DNA of 63,075 nt, counting the filler, from Octopus bimaculoides (Eukaryota), in assembly GCF_001194135.2 (NCBI RefSeq). It is 4 parts of 4 records of this genome, joined end to end, with 100 filler letters (N's around TTAATTAATTAA, not from the genome) between each part and the next. Parts side by side here need not be neighbours in the genome. Positions count along the whole stretch, not along the records: positions 29,497 to 43,830 come from NC_068995.1; positions 43,931 to 63,075 come from NC_068989.1; 2 more parts are not named here. One strand, 5' to 3'. Positions 36,308-49,004 of the stretch are shown here, one piece after another. The notes beneath the pieces were generated by a model. That model searched no databases and was not told the origin of the DNA. It worked only from the letters and a program-made list of their open reading frames with translations. Within the stretch, counting starts at the first letter, position 1. The number at the start of each line of letters is the position of its first letter. The translations under genes and the position numbers were made by a program.

Positions 36308-37096
36308 TACTTACATTTTATTGATTATCACCCTCTGCTGAGTGTTTTTGAACACTATATCAGAATAGATCTTGGAGAGAAAGTGAAGACATTGGTAAGG
36401 TCATAAACAACAAAGAAAAATCTTTGGGTAAAAAGCAACCGATTGATTGTTTAACCAGCACACAAAACAAATGATTGATTAGTTGTTTAGATATTTAACC
36501 AATTTATTAACAATAAAGAAGTGATATTGAACCAGTGTGTGTTATTATTATTGGTTAAATGACCCTCTCAAGACACAATAACGTTATATATATATTATAT
36601 ACGTAATATTTAAATCATATACGATGCACTTTATTGTATTTTGTTCTGCGCATGATCCCTTCTTTTAAAAAAAAATTGTCATGCATAAAACTGGTCCATG
36701 TTGCAAAAAAGAAAAGGTTGGGGGCTGCTGGTTATGGGAAGGATGCAAAGCTGGAAATAGTAGCAAGAAAATTGAAGATAATTTGCAGCAGATTGATGAA
36801 AGGATAAAAAGCCAATCCTGAACTTGTCATTGTACACTCATGTTCCTAAGGGTTTCTTGTCTGATAATATTTTTATATGCACTCATTTCTGCCCTTGCTG
36901 TTCCAGTGGTTCGTGGACAGTGTTGAAATGAGCACTATTGACTTAGAGTGTCGAAATTGTTATGCTTTAAAAGTGTCAGCTGATGAAGGGAACACTTTAT
37001 GCCCATCTGTGTGTTTTTCTTTTGTCCTGCAACTCTTCTTCTCCTGTGGTGCTATCATACTGACTTTTACAATTTTTGTGATATTATTTGTAATGC

Positions 37097-37210
37097 AAGT
37101 ACTAAGCTTACAAAGAATAAATCCTGGGGTCGATTTGTTCGACTAAAGGTGTTGGTCCAGCATGGCTGCCTGCAGTCAAATGACATAAACAAATAAAAGA
37201 ATAAAAGAAT
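37097..37210 (+). mobile_element. SINE C tail fragment
   Basis: aagtactaagcttacaaagaataaatcctggggtcgatttgttcgactaaagg...cagtcaaatgac. Confidence 0.82.
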
Positions 37211-37837
37211 ATATATATTAATATATATATATATGTGCGTGTGTGTGTGTGTGTGTGTATATAAAATAATGTTTATACCATTATTATTATTATACACAGC
37301 AAGCATTATTTTTATCTGACATTGTTTCAAGGGTATATAGTGATTCCAATTTTAATCCATTTGAGAAGAGGTGAAAACATCAGGTACTGGAGGATGGTAC
37401 AGACAGTTGCAGCCTCAACCCCATATGTGGTCAGCTGGTCATCCTCATATCCTAAAAGTTTGGGTTAATTATACCGGCTCTGTTATCCTACTTATTCTTG
37501 ATTAACCCAATTCCATCTCTTTAAATCTTGATTTTTTTTTTATTTACTCATACATATTACTTATTCTACTTTCTGTCTTCTTTTACTCTCTTTTCTCACC
37601 TCTTTTACTGCTACTTCTGCTGCTGCTGTTGCTCCTGGAATAACTACAGACGCTTGCTGTTAAGGTGAATACTTTATTATTTCTGTCTATACATGTATGC
37701 CTTGTATTTCTTTATTATAACCCACGTATAACATTTAAAATCCTATGTTACCCTCCTTCGTAAACTCACACGCACATTCATGCAATTACACAGACCTACA
37801 TAAATAAATACATACGCATGCACACACACACACGCAT

Positions 37838-37886
<49 letters not shown>

Positions 37887-38053
37887 TATGAGAAAAGACA
37901 TACATAATTTGTGCATTGTAGACTTACTGCTGTTTCTGATATACATTTTGATCACTGTTATTATTCAGCTTATGCAATCAGTTGATTGACTGATTGAAAA
38001 TGGTGAACAACCATTAAAAATGCTATCATCTTTAGTGTCCAGCTCGTTCAGTT

Positions 38054-38383
38054 GAGACCCCCTTTGGTCATGACTGACCATGGGATTGCACCTAGAAAGT
38101 TACCCTTCCAGGCACAAGTCCGGGCAAGGTTGTTTATGGAAGACCAGCAGTCGCCCATGCATACCAGCCTCCCCTCTCCACTGCACTGATGTTATCCAAG
38201 GGAAAGGCAAAAGGGCCGATACAGCTTGGCACTTGTGACATCACAACTTATTTTTACAGCTGAGTGAACTGGAGCAACGTGAAATGAAGTGTCTTGCTCA
38301 AGAACACAACACGCAACCCAGTCTGGGATTCGAACTCACAACCTCATGATCGCAAGCTCGACGCTCTAACCACTGAGCTCATG
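38054..38383 (-). mobile_element. SINE F2, near full length
   Basis: B box gggattcgaactcac, CORE-like gtgtcttgctcaagaacacaac, F2 tail cctagaaagttaccc. Confidence 0.88.
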
Positions 38384-38688
38384 AACACAAAAATAAACAC
38401 ATATAGATGTTAAGGCCCATACATACGCACATCTGCTGCTACATTATGGTTGTCCCTCAAAAACTGACGGAAGTCGTCCTCTCCCTTAACAGCGAGATAT
38501 GGAACCCTCAAATTCTATTGTAAGCGGCACATTTATATATGACTGTGGTAGAGTTAATGATGGTTGATGGGCAGTAATGATGGTTAGCATGAGTACGTAG
38601 GTATACTCTTCTGCTGTTTCTTGGTTCTGCCATCTCCCCCTCCATGTCCCCCCCCCAACACAGCTGCCAATAACACTATCAGTCTGAT

Positions 38689-38998
38689 CAGGTGTGGTTG
38701 TGTGGTAAGTAGCTTGCTTACCAACCACATGGTTCTGGGTTCAGTCNNNNNNNNNNTATATATATATATATATATATATTTATGTGTGTGTGTTTGTGTG
38801 TATGTTTGTCCCCTCCACGATCACTTGACAACAGATGTTGGTGTGTTTACATCCCAGCAACTTAGCAGTTTGGCAGAAGAGACTGATAGACTAAGCATCA
38901 GGCTTACAAAGAATTAGTCCAGGGGTGGATTTCTTTGACTAAAAGGCGGCGCTCCAGCATGGCCACAGTCAAATGACTAAAATAAGTAAAAGAATAAA
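38689..38998 (+). mobile_element. SINE C (with small gap)
   Basis: Head gtggtaagtagcttgcttaccaaccacatggttctggg and full tail. Confidence 0.85.
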
Positions 38999-39027
38999 TG
39001 AATAACAGAATTTCCAACAGATGAAGC

Positions 39028-39222
39028 GAAGGCGGCGAGCTGGCAGAATCGTTAGCGCGCCAGATGAAATTCCGCCGAGGTCGACTTTGCCTTTCATCCT
39101 TTCGAGGTCGATAAATTAAGTACCAGTTACATACTGGGTCGATGTAATCGACCTAATCCCTTTGTCTGTCCTTGTTTGTCCTCTCTATGTTTAGCCCCTT
39201 GTGGGCAATAAAGAAATAAGAA
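39028..39222 (+). mobile_element. SINE B2 with internal deletion
   Basis: aaggcggcgagctggcagaatcgttagc...gaaat|tccgccgagg (deletion between two AAAT motifs), Tx1-like tail. Confidence 0.88.
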
Positions 39223-39249
39223 TTCCCAATAAATTCTTGAACTCTTCAT

Positions 39250-39500
39250 CTAAGCATGGTAGCACCTCTTTGGTCCTTCAACAATGTGTGAGATGGTATT
39301 ATACCACTCCAAAGGGCAGTCAGATTTGAGGTAACGTCATCATGTGCACAAGCCACTGCAGTTGGCAATTGATGAACATCACCTCCATACATTTGTAGTT
39401 GATCACTTGGTCTTTGCTAGCATTTCAATGCATCACATGGTCACATCAGGTAATTCCCAGAATGCATTGGAGGCAGCTCTTATAGAAACCCTCCTAGAAT
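39250..39500 (-). mobile_element. Decayed RTE-clade LINE ORF2 C-terminal fragment
   Basis: Minus frames joined across frameshifts: CLQCILGIT*CDHVMH / EMLAKT / MEVMFINCQLQWLVHM, matching the RTE/BovB pattern C-R-ILGI-W-D-V...ME-M----QLRW-GH. Confidence 0.55.
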
Positions 39501-39634
39501 GTAATGTGATAACTGTAAACAACCCAAGTTCCAGAGCAGTGGGACTGAACCCAGTGTGTGTGTCTGTATTTATATACATGCAGACATTTATAATGTATAT
39601 ATGCATATACATGTATGTGTGCATATACATGTAA

Positions 39635-39673
<39 letters not shown>

Positions 39674-40201
39674 TAATGCTGGTGTACTTCCATTATGCCA
39701 CTAAAAGTTGTCACCGATCAATATAGAGCTTGAAACCATGACATTTGCATTATTAGTATGTTACTCTATCTAATCAGCTTGATTATATACTTGAATATAT
39801 GTTTGTATGTCTGCGAGTCTGTCAAAGATTAAAAAGCACTTAATTATTTGACATATATTTCCAATATCTTTAACTGTGCCAAATTCCTGCATTACTCTAT
39901 CGATCAAATTTTAGATGTGAGAAATCCTTGATTAAATTAAAGTCACATTATTAAACCAAGACCAAATTAGCGGCAACTCTTTGATGGTGTTTATCTAAAT
40001 TAGCTTTTAATGATACTTGAATCTCTTAGTGACATTGTTTTAGTAAATAGATGTTCCTTCTCTGCCTCTTCTCTGATTCCTGTGCCATTATTTATCATTT
40101 GATTTGTTTTTAGTTTCTGATTTTCATACGAACCAGACTGTAGCCTTTTTTAAATGAATATATGTTATGTATGTATGAATGAATATATGTAATGTAATGT
40201 A

Positions 40202-40412
40202 TGAGAGGTGATGAAAAGTTCATGGCTTTCGGTAAAAGAAAATACAGGAGGATCAGTTAATTATGGTTTTATTCAACATATTCATCTCTCAGATTCACAC
40301 GCATTATTGATGCAGCCCTTCTGCTTTTTTGTTTTAAGCCCAGTAAAAGAACTTGGAAGGCCTCCAACCAGGTTTTTTGCAATACCCTTAAGGCCAGGAA
40401 CTTCTTGATACC

Positions 40413-40418
<6 letters not shown>
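40202..40418. mobile_element. Mariner-type MITE
   Basis: TA-flanked TIRs tgagaggtgatgaaaagttcatggc / gccaggaacttcttgataccctctca; minus remnant RVNLRDEYVE* typical of the mariner C-terminus. A terminal fragment of the same family lies at 41088-41148. Confidence 0.78.
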
Positions 40419-40451
<33 letters not shown>

Positions 40452-40951
40452 CGTATGTGTATTTCGTGTGCAAGATTCTTGATGTGGATACGTGTGTTGA
40501 AAGAAATACAATTAAACCTTGGGANNNNNNNNNNNNNNNNNNNNNNNNNNNNNNNNNNNNNNNNNNNNNNNNNNNNNNNNNNNNNNNNNNNNNNNNNNNN
40601 NNNNNNNNNNNNNNNNNNNNNNNNNNNNNNNNNNNNNNNNNNNNNNNNNNNNNNNNNNNNNNNNNNNNNNNNNNNNNNNNNNNNNNNNNNNNNNNNNNNN
40701 NNNNNNNNNNNNNNNNNNNNNNNNNNNNNNNNNNNNNNNNNNNNNNNNNNNNNNNNNNNNNNNNNNNNNNNNNNNNNNNNNNNNNNNNNNNNNNNNNNNN
40801 NNNNNNNNNNNNNNNNNNNNNNNNNNNNNNNNNNNNNNNNNNNNNNNNNNNNNNNNNNNNNNNNNNNNNNNNNNNNNNNNNNNNNNNNNNNNNNNNNNNN
40901 NNNNNNNNNNNNNNNNNNNNNNNNNNNNNNNNNNNNNNNNNNNNNNNNNNN

Positions 40952-41060
40952 TCTGCCAGATCAGAATGGAGTCTGGTGTAGCCATCTGGTTCGCCAGTTC
41001 CCAGTCAAATCGTCCAACCCATGCTAGCATGGAAAGTGGACATTAAATGATGGTGATGAT
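40952..41060 (+). mobile_element. Family E 3' end
   Basis: ctgccagatcagaatggagtctgg...aacccatgctagcatggaaagtggacattaaatgatg. Confidence 0.85.
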
Positions 41061-41150
41061 ATATATATATGTGTGTGTGTGTGTGTGGATGTGGGTGGGG
41101 CTGAAAAATTCTTGGCTTTGGGTAAAAAGAAAATACGGGAGGATCAGATA

Positions 41151-41181
<31 letters not shown>

Positions 41182-41598
41182 ATAAAAAAATATACGTTGT
41201 GTACAGGACATCACCGACAAGGGAAAAATACATAAACATGCGAGAGATTAGTACAGGACAAAATACCAGCAGAAGATAACTCCTCCTCAGTTGTTGGACT
41301 GTTAATTACTTCTGTCTCTTGCTTTTAACAACAATATAGGGAAACTTCATGAGACAGCAGCATCCAGAAATATTTTAAATATAGAATTCATGGAGAGTTA
41401 GAGCTTCAAATGAACAAACGATGACAGAGTGGACATACAGAGTAAACAATCGACAAAGACAAAGATTAAGGGTCATTAGCCCAAGATGAATTGTAAGGGA
41501 CAATACCTGGGAGAAAATTTTTCAAGAAAATGGAATAATTAGATTGGGAATTATCTTCTTTTGGTATATCGTCCTGTACTTTTCTCTCATGTGTTGAC

Positions 41599-41638
<40 letters not shown>

Positions 41639-42094
41639 TACATCTATATACATAGATATGTACATACATCTATATACATAGATATGTANNNNNNNNNNTT
41701 ACCAAAACCAGAGAGATCTAAAGGTGACACTTCACATTTCGGCTTCAAGTTCTTCTCTATATATATATATATATCACCTTAACATGTGTTTTGTATTCAT
41801 ATGTTTCTGTGTATGTATGTGTGTGTGTATGCAAATAATTATGTGTGTGAGAATGTATGTATGTATGTATGTATGTATGTGTACATATATATACATGTGT
41901 GTATGTGTGTGTGTGTATATATATATATATACATACACAAACACACATTCATACACACGCACATATATATGTATATATATGCATGTGTATCTGTCTGCAT
42001 GTATGTCTGTATGTATATACATACGTATATATGTTTATGTATATGAACATTGATATACATATATAAATATATAATATTTATATATATATGCATA

Positions 42095-42133
<39 letters not shown>

Positions 42134-42719
42134 NNNNNNNNNNACACATACACAGACACTAGCATATATGCATATACATAACACAAACATATATGTTGGC
42201 GTGAATCTATGTATGTATGTATGACTGAATGAATGGTATGTATGTATATTTAAACAGGAATTTCTTTTTCTTCGCTTTCATTCATAATTCTTTCTTTACA
42301 ACATCTATATTTCTTTTCTTTGTTTCATTCTTGAATCCTTCAATTCAACACGTCTTCACTTCTTCACTTCTATAGTTCTTTAGTTCCTTAGTTTGCTTTT
42401 GGTTATAACGGCTAAGGCCATGCTGGAGCACTGCCTTTAGTGTGTATGTTGCTTTTTATTCTATTACAGTTAATCCTTTTTAAAATTCCTTTCTTTTTTA
42501 AATGTTGTCATTGGTGATTATTGTGCATGCTTCCTGCCATATTTCCTCACGTGAGATTGATAGCTATATACATTCGTGTTTAATTCATTAATCATTATTA
42601 TCAATCACAAAGATTAGATTATTCATCTGGGTGCAATGAGACCAATGGTAGCATACACTAAATTTTCTTAACATGTCATCACTAAGAGATTCCAATATAA
42701 AAATATATATCACAAATAC

Positions 42720-42786
<67 letters not shown>

Positions 42787-42788
<2 letters not shown>

Positions 42789-43236
42789 ATCATCATCATC
42801 GTTTCACTTCCGCTTTCCATGCTAGCATGGGTTTGACGATTTGACTGAGGACTGGCAAACCAGATGGCTGCACCAGGCTCCAATCTGATCTGGTAGAGTT
42901 TCTACAGCTGGATGCCCTTCCTAACGCCACCCACTCTGAGAGTGTAGTGGGTGCTTTTATGTGCCACCGGCACGAGGGCCAGTCAGGCAGCACTGGCAAC
43001 GGCCACACTGAAATGATGTTTTATACATGACACCTGCACAAAAGCCAATCCAGCGGCACTGGCAATGACCTCACTCGAATGTCTTTTGTCACGTGCCACC
43101 AGCACAAGTGCCAGTAAGGCAACACTGGTAACAATCACGCTCAAATGGTGCTTCTTATGTGCCACCGGCACGGAAGCCAGACAACTGCTCTGGCAATGAT
43201 CTCGCTCAGATGGTGCTGTTAGCGCCCCTCTGGTTT
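42787..43236 (-). mobile_element. Family E long form with about four 64-bp internal tandem repeats
   Basis: Tail at 42787; repeated gtgccaccggcac...cactggcaa...aaatg units at 42951-43230. Confidence 0.85.
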
Positions 43237-43540
43237 GGGTGCCAGTCATTGAATTTGATTCAAATGCATACATATATATATATATATATATACATATGTA
43301 TATATATATATATATACATATACATATGTATATATGCATATATATATATTTATATACATATAAACACAATTAAGGGAACAGCAAACAGTTGCTTCACCAC
43401 CTACCGAAGTTCAGAAATAGCAGCTAAAATGCTGAGAATCCGACAGATAGCATTACCTGTAACTCACAAATGCCGATGCATGATGTTCACTCTGTCATGC
43501 ATGCACAATTGCTAGCACCGTCGAATTTACAACTAGAATA

Positions 43541-43597
43541 TCATACTGATGAGGAAATGGAGTGTTATCGCTCCTAAGCCAGAAACGCGTCTACCGA
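43541..43597 (+). ncRNA. Partly decayed hammerhead-like motif with canonical core
   Basis: CTGATGA (43546-43552), imperfect extended stem II (GG..GGAG-tgttatcg-CTCC..CC), GAA, palindrome ACGCGT, C (GUC site). Stem I weak; stem II closing pair mismatched. Confidence 0.45.
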
Positions 43598-43830
43598 AGG
43601 GCTTTGTAAAAATTATTGTTAATTTATTAATAAATTAATAAATTGATAAACTTTTACCCTTTTAATTGTAATATTTATATACATATACATATATACATAT
43701 TTATACATATATATATGTATATATTCCGTTTACATATTTGTTTTGCAAGATTTTTTATGTGAAATCGTGTGTTGAAACAGATGTTGTTGTACTTGGGGAT
43801 GGTCATATTGCCAGTTTAGCCAATAAAAAC

Positions 43831-43930
43831 NNNNNNNNNNNNNNNNNNNNNNNNNNNNNNNNNNNNNNNNNNNNTTAATTAATTAANNNNNNNNNNNNNN
43901 NNNNNNNNNNNNNNNNNNNNNNNNNNNNNN
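43831..43930. other. Unsized scaffold gap marker (44 N + TTAATTAATTAA + 44 N)
   Basis: Same pattern as 10293-10392. Confidence 0.95.
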
Positions 43931-43986
43931 ATATAACATGAAGAGAGTTGAAGTGTTGATAAATTTTGCAGACCCTCGTAGACTCT

Positions 43987-44064
<78 letters not shown>

Positions 44065-44075
44065 CGATGACGATG
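43987..44075. repeat. (GAT)n microsatellite
   Basis: About 28 units, nearly pure. Confidence 0.95.
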
Positions 44076-44595
44076 TTTAGCTAGAACTTCTGTATCGCAG
44101 TGTCGGTAGGGAGAAAGCATTAGCAGAATGGGGTACAACTTCTGGGAAGAAATGATTGGTTGTGAGTAACGGTGCAAGATCACCTTAATGGTGACGTAAA
44201 AAAGAGAGCCAGATAAGCCGAGTGAGTATCGATGGTGAGAGAAAGCAGATAGCAAATTTAGAGTAGTAGATGCCATTATGGCACCCATAGGAGTAGAAAA
44301 AATAATATAATGCGTCCTTGAGACTGAAATATATCAGTGACTGTATCTGTTCAACCTGTTGTATTGTCTTCGTTCTATCGCCAAAGGCTCCTTCGGACCC
44401 ACACCTATGTATCGCATGAAAATGATTTCTAACTTAGCTACAATGTTACACATTTTGTAAGGGACGGGAATTTCGAATATGTTAACCCTGTACTCATTTA
44501 TATGCTATTTGATCTTAGAACTTAAAGAGGCAACTAAATGAAAATACAAAAATCTATTTTGTCTGCCATACACCTCTTTAATAATTCTTTCTTAT

Positions 44596-45676
44596 TTTGA
44601 TACAAAGTTAGCAATTTTGAGAGGAAAAGAAAACTGATTACATCGGCCCCATTGCTCAAGTGGAACGTATTTCATCGAGCTCGAAAGGCGAAGTCAACCT
44701 TGGAGGAATTTGAACACGAAGCGTAAAGAACCGGAAGAAATGTCGCTGAATATTTTGTCCGGTATGTTAACGATTCTGCCAACTTGCCGCCTCCTATTGT
44801 CCTTTAATAATAGCAGTTTCGTAGACGACGAGCTGGCAGAATTGTTAGCATGCCGGGCAAAATGCTTAGAGGCACTTCATCTGACTTCACGTTCTGAGTT
44901 CAAATTCCGAAGAGGTCGACTTTACCTTTCATCCTTTCGGAGTCGATAAAATAAATACCAGTTGAACACTTGAGTCGATGTAATCGACTTAACCCCTCCC
45001 CAGAAGCTTGTTGGTCTTGTGCCAAAATTTGAGACCAATAATAAGTTTTCGTTTCTAACAAAAATACAACACCTAGAATTTCGGGGATGAGAAATAGTCG
45101 AATATCTTGACCTCAGTAGATGAAAGGTACTATACTTTATCGACCTCGAAGGAATGAAAAGCGAAGTTGGCCCTCATCGGGATTTAAAATCAAAACGTAA
45201 AGAGCCTAAATAAACATTGCAAGGCTTTTGTCCAGCACTCTAGCGATTCTGCCAATCCACCGTCTTTAGTGTGTTTTTAAATTTTTCATTTTTATTGGTA
45301 CAAGGCTAGAAATTTGTGGGTAAGGGTACAGTGGATATAACGATTCTTGAGTGGTATTTTATTTTATCAAACTGAGAAGGATACTATGCAAAGCTGAATT
45401 TGGTAGGATTTGAACTCAGAAATAATAAATACTGCATGATGTTTTATCCGCTGTTCCAATAATCCTGCCAACCCACCGTCATTGGCACAAAGCCATGAAT
45501 TTGGGGAAGAGCACAGTCGATATCGTCAACCATAGTATATGGCTGGTATTTTATCATATCGACCCTGGGAGGATCAAAGATAAAAATAAACTTACCCAGA
45601 ATTTGAGTTCAGAAGTTAAACAGCCGGAACACATAGCGGAGGGTGTTTTAACCGACGCTCTAACGATTCTGCCAAT
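44596..45676. mobile_element. Cluster of five SINE B copies: 44596-44792 (-), 44826-45036 (+), 45050-45263 (-), 45290-45480 (-), 45481-45676 (-)
   Basis: Each shows the gattctgcca / gcagaat head, the tttgaactcagaa B-box region and the central gtcgac..ttcatcc box, at differing divergence. Confidence 0.8.
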
Positions 45677-45814
45677 AAAATAACTTCAATGTGAAATAGC
45701 AATGATGAGTGGGTTGCAGACAAGGCCTTCGGAGGATATCTTTCAAGGCGGAGCAAAGATGCTTTCGGGCCGCGCATTGAAGTCTACTGTAAGTTTAATT
45801 ATCATTTTGTTGTT

Positions 45815-46186
45815 GGAGGCGCAATGGCCCAGTGGTTAGGGCAGCGAACTCACGGTCATAGGATCGTGGTTTCGATTCCCAGACTGGGCGTTGTGAGTGT
45901 TTATTGAGCGAAAACACCTAAAGCTCCACGAGGCTCCGGCAGGAGATGGTGACGAACCCTGCTGTACTCTTCCACCACAACTTTCTCTTACTTCCTGTTT
46001 CTGTTGTGCCTATAATTCAAAGGGTCAGCCTTGTCACACTGTGTCACGCTAAATATCACCAAGAACTACGTTAAGGGCACACGTGTCTGTGGAGTGCTCA
46101 GTCACTTGCACGTTAATTTCACGAGTAGGCTGTTCCGTTGATCAGATCAACTGGAACCCTCGACGTCGTAAGCGACGGAGTGCCAA
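45815..46186 (+). mobile_element. SINE A, full length, 11-bp TSD
   Basis: TSD cattttgttgt at 45803-45813 and 46187-46197. Confidence 0.95.
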
Positions 46187-46374
46187 CATTTTGTTGTCAG
46201 TTATTCACGCCCCCACTACCACCAGATTTACTGGTGCTCACAGACAACACCAGCTGAATATCACTCTTATAGGTTCTGGTTATAAACATATTTCTTTCTA
46301 TAATTGGCGCAAGGCCTGAAATTTCGAGGGAGGGTGCAAGTTGTTTACATCGAGCCCAGATGTAATGCTTATTT

Positions 46375-46579
46375 TCTTTTATTCTTTTCTTTTACTTGCT
46401 CCTGTCATTTCACTGCGACCATGCTGGAGCACCGCTTTAAAGGGTTTTAGACGAAGAAATCGACCTCAGGACTTATTCTTTGTAAGCTTAGTACTTATTC
46501 TACTAGTTTCTTTTGCCGAACTGCTAAGTTACGGGAACATAAACACACCAGCATCGGTTGTATGCTTTGGCAGGGTGGG
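46375..46579 (-). mobile_element. SINE C tail running into a gap
   Basis: ccatgctggagcaccgc...ggacttattctttgtaagcttagtac...cagcatcggttg. Confidence 0.85.
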
Positions 46580-47099
46580 NNNNNNNNNNNNNNNNNNNNN
46601 NNNNNNNNNNNNNNNNNNNNNNNNNNNNNNNNNNNNNNNNNNNNNNNNNNNNNNNNNNNNNNNNNNNNNNNNNNNNNNNNNNNNNNNNNNNNNNNNNNNN
46701 NNNNNNNNNNNNNNNNNNNNNNNNNNNNNNNNNNNNNNNNNNNNNNNNNNNNNNNNNNNNNNNNNNNNNNNNNNNNNNNNNNNNNNNNNNNNNNNNNNNN
46801 NNNNNNNNNNNNNNNNNNNNNNNNNNNNNNNNNNNNNNNNNNNNNNNNNNNNNNNNNNNNNNNNNNNNNNNNNNNNNNNNNNNNNNNNNNNNNNNNNNNN
46901 NNNNNNNNNNNNNNNNNNNNNNNNNNNNNNNNTATATATACATATTTCAATACGGAGCAAATAATTCACGAGAAAAATAATTCATGAAAAATAATTTGCG
47001 AAGATATTGACTCTATTATTATCTAGTGTAACAATTTTAAAATGATAATATCAGAATCAATAATATAGGCGGTTGCAGGCTCCCAAAAAGCATTAAATA

Positions 47100-47662
47100 G
47101 CTGAAGGATTAAAATTAATCATAGGACATACTAAGTATGTCTACCTGCTGGAAATAACAGTCAAAGGTCTTATTTAAATCGCCAACATACACTGATAATA
47201 ACTACAGAAATCAACCGTCCGAAGGTAAATGGACTAAATCAATCTCCCAGCATACATTCAAGTATTTGGACTCACGTGGACCGGTTTCTGCACTGGCATA
47301 ATAACCTCACCTTCCTCAGCACGCGTTACCGTAGGGCACTGTCTTGAAGGGTTTATAATCGAATGACTCGACCCCAGTTCTATCGGTCTTTTTTGCCGAA
47401 CCTTTAAGTGCCGAGGACGTAGCTACACCATAGTAACGCGTGTTGAGGAAGGTGAGGCTATTATGCCAGTACAGAAACCGGTCCACGTGAGTCTAAATAC
47501 TTGAATATATGCTGAGAGTTTGTCTTAGCTCGTTTGCTTACGGACGGTTGATTTCTTTAGTTATTATCAGTGTATTTTGGCGATTTAAATACGAGTTTTA
47601 ACTGTTAATTCCAGCAGGTAGACATACTTAGTATGTCCTTTGATTAATTTTAATCATTCAGC
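47100..47662. mobile_element. Foldback/MITE with ~230-bp inverted arms, TA TSD and a captured SINE C fragment as spacer
   Basis: Arms 47100-47330 and 47432-47662 are reverse complements (e.g. aggacatactaagtatgtctacctgctggaa exact); TA at 47098-47099 and 47663-47664. Confidence 0.9.
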
Positions 47663-47705
<43 letters not shown>

Positions 47706-47738
47706 GTGTGTGTGTGCACGCGTGCGCGCGTGTGTATG

Positions 47739-47900
47739 CGACGGGCTTCTTTCAGTTTTCGTCTACCGAATCCACTCACAAAATTTTACTCGGTTCAAGG
47801 CTATAGCAGAAGACACCTGCCCAAGGTACCACACAGTGGGACTGAATCCAGAACCATGTGGTTGGGAAGCAAGCTTCTTACCACAGCCACAGCTACGCCT
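47739..47900 (-). mobile_element. SINE C head
   Basis: gacgggcttctttcagttttcgtctacc...gggaagcaagcttcttaccacagcc. Confidence 0.88.
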
Positions 47901-48065
47901 ATTTATTCACATTATTTTGAATTAGTCATGCATTATCTGGTAGCTTCAACATTTTGATGATGTGATTGCTTATTTTTAGCATGGCATTATAGGGCAGGTG
48001 TGAGAGGCTAGATCTGGTTAGTTTGAACATAAAATAAGTTGAATATTTTGGCAGGGTATAATAAA

Positions 48066-48310
48066 TGCGCCCTTTTAAAGCCTAGCCAGGCTCATGGGCA
48101 CGGTTTCCCGGTTCCAATGGCGTATGCGTTCCCCAGCTGGACCGGACGCCAGTCCATCGCAGCGTTACTCTTTTTGCCAGCTGAGTGGACTGGAGCAACG
48201 TGAAATGAAGTGTTTTGCTCAAGAACACAACGCGTCGCCCGGTCCAGGAATCGAAACCACAATCTTACGATCATGATGCTGACACCCTAACCACTAAGCC
48301 ACGCGCCTCC
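48066..48310 (-). mobile_element. SINE F1, full length
   Basis: Minus: ggcgcgtggcttagtggttaggg...gtttcgattcctggaccggg...gttgtgttcttgagcaaaacacttcatttcacgttgctccagtccactcagctgg...cccatgagcctggctaggcttt. Confidence 0.9.
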
Positions 48311-48741
48311 ATTTTGGCCGGGTATGGTCAGTTTTAAATACTAAAGGTTTAATCTATGCAATATAAAGGACCACGTGTTCAGTCTTTCATTGTTTAGACT
48401 GCGCCGGATACATAGCAACTGATTTCTTAATGACTTCGTTAATACGAATTACAAATGTTTTCACTGAAAAATCTATAACCTTAAATCACTCTCCAAAAAA
48501 TGTTATTCCTTTTACGCTGAATTGTCAATTAGTCATCACTGACACACACCAATGAGCAAGATATGAGTTCAGCAAAACATCACATACGTAAATTTCTTAT
48601 TCCTTTTTCTATAGATATGGTAATTTACAGCATCGTTCATTTAGTCATCATGACTGTTTGAAGTGATTTAATACTCTATAATACATTTACAAACTCTATT
48701 AATCATACAGTGATGAGTCTTTGATATTATTTTGAGGATGG

Positions 48742-48956
48742 TAAGGCGGCGAGCAGGCAGAAACGTTAGCACGCAGGGCGAAATGGTTAGCGGTATTTCG
48801 TCTGTCTTTACGTTCTGAGTTCAAGTTTCGCCGAGGTCGATTTTGTCTTACATCCTTTCGGGGTCGATAAATTAAGTACCAGTTGCGTACAGAGGTCAAT
48901 CTAATCGACTGGCCCCTTCCCCAGAAGCTTCGGGCTTTGTGCCTAGAGTGGAAAAG
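48742..48956 (+). mobile_element. SINE B, full length
   Basis: aaggcggcgagcaggcagaaacgttagc...catcctttcggggtcgataaattaagtaccagtt...ctttgtgcctagagtggaaaag. Confidence 0.92.
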
Positions 48957-49004
48957 ATTATAAGGATGATCTAAACAAAGCTTGTTTTATAGTTCTTAAT
49001 CTTT

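Noticed and set aside
36945-37010. CTGATGA-AGGG motif as a hammerhead
   Set aside because: No correctly placed GAAA or stems in type I, II or III topology.
41255-41300. Minus-strand CTGAGGA-GGAG-ttat-CTTC as a hammerhead
   Set aside because: Lacks GAAA and stem III; at best a decayed relic.
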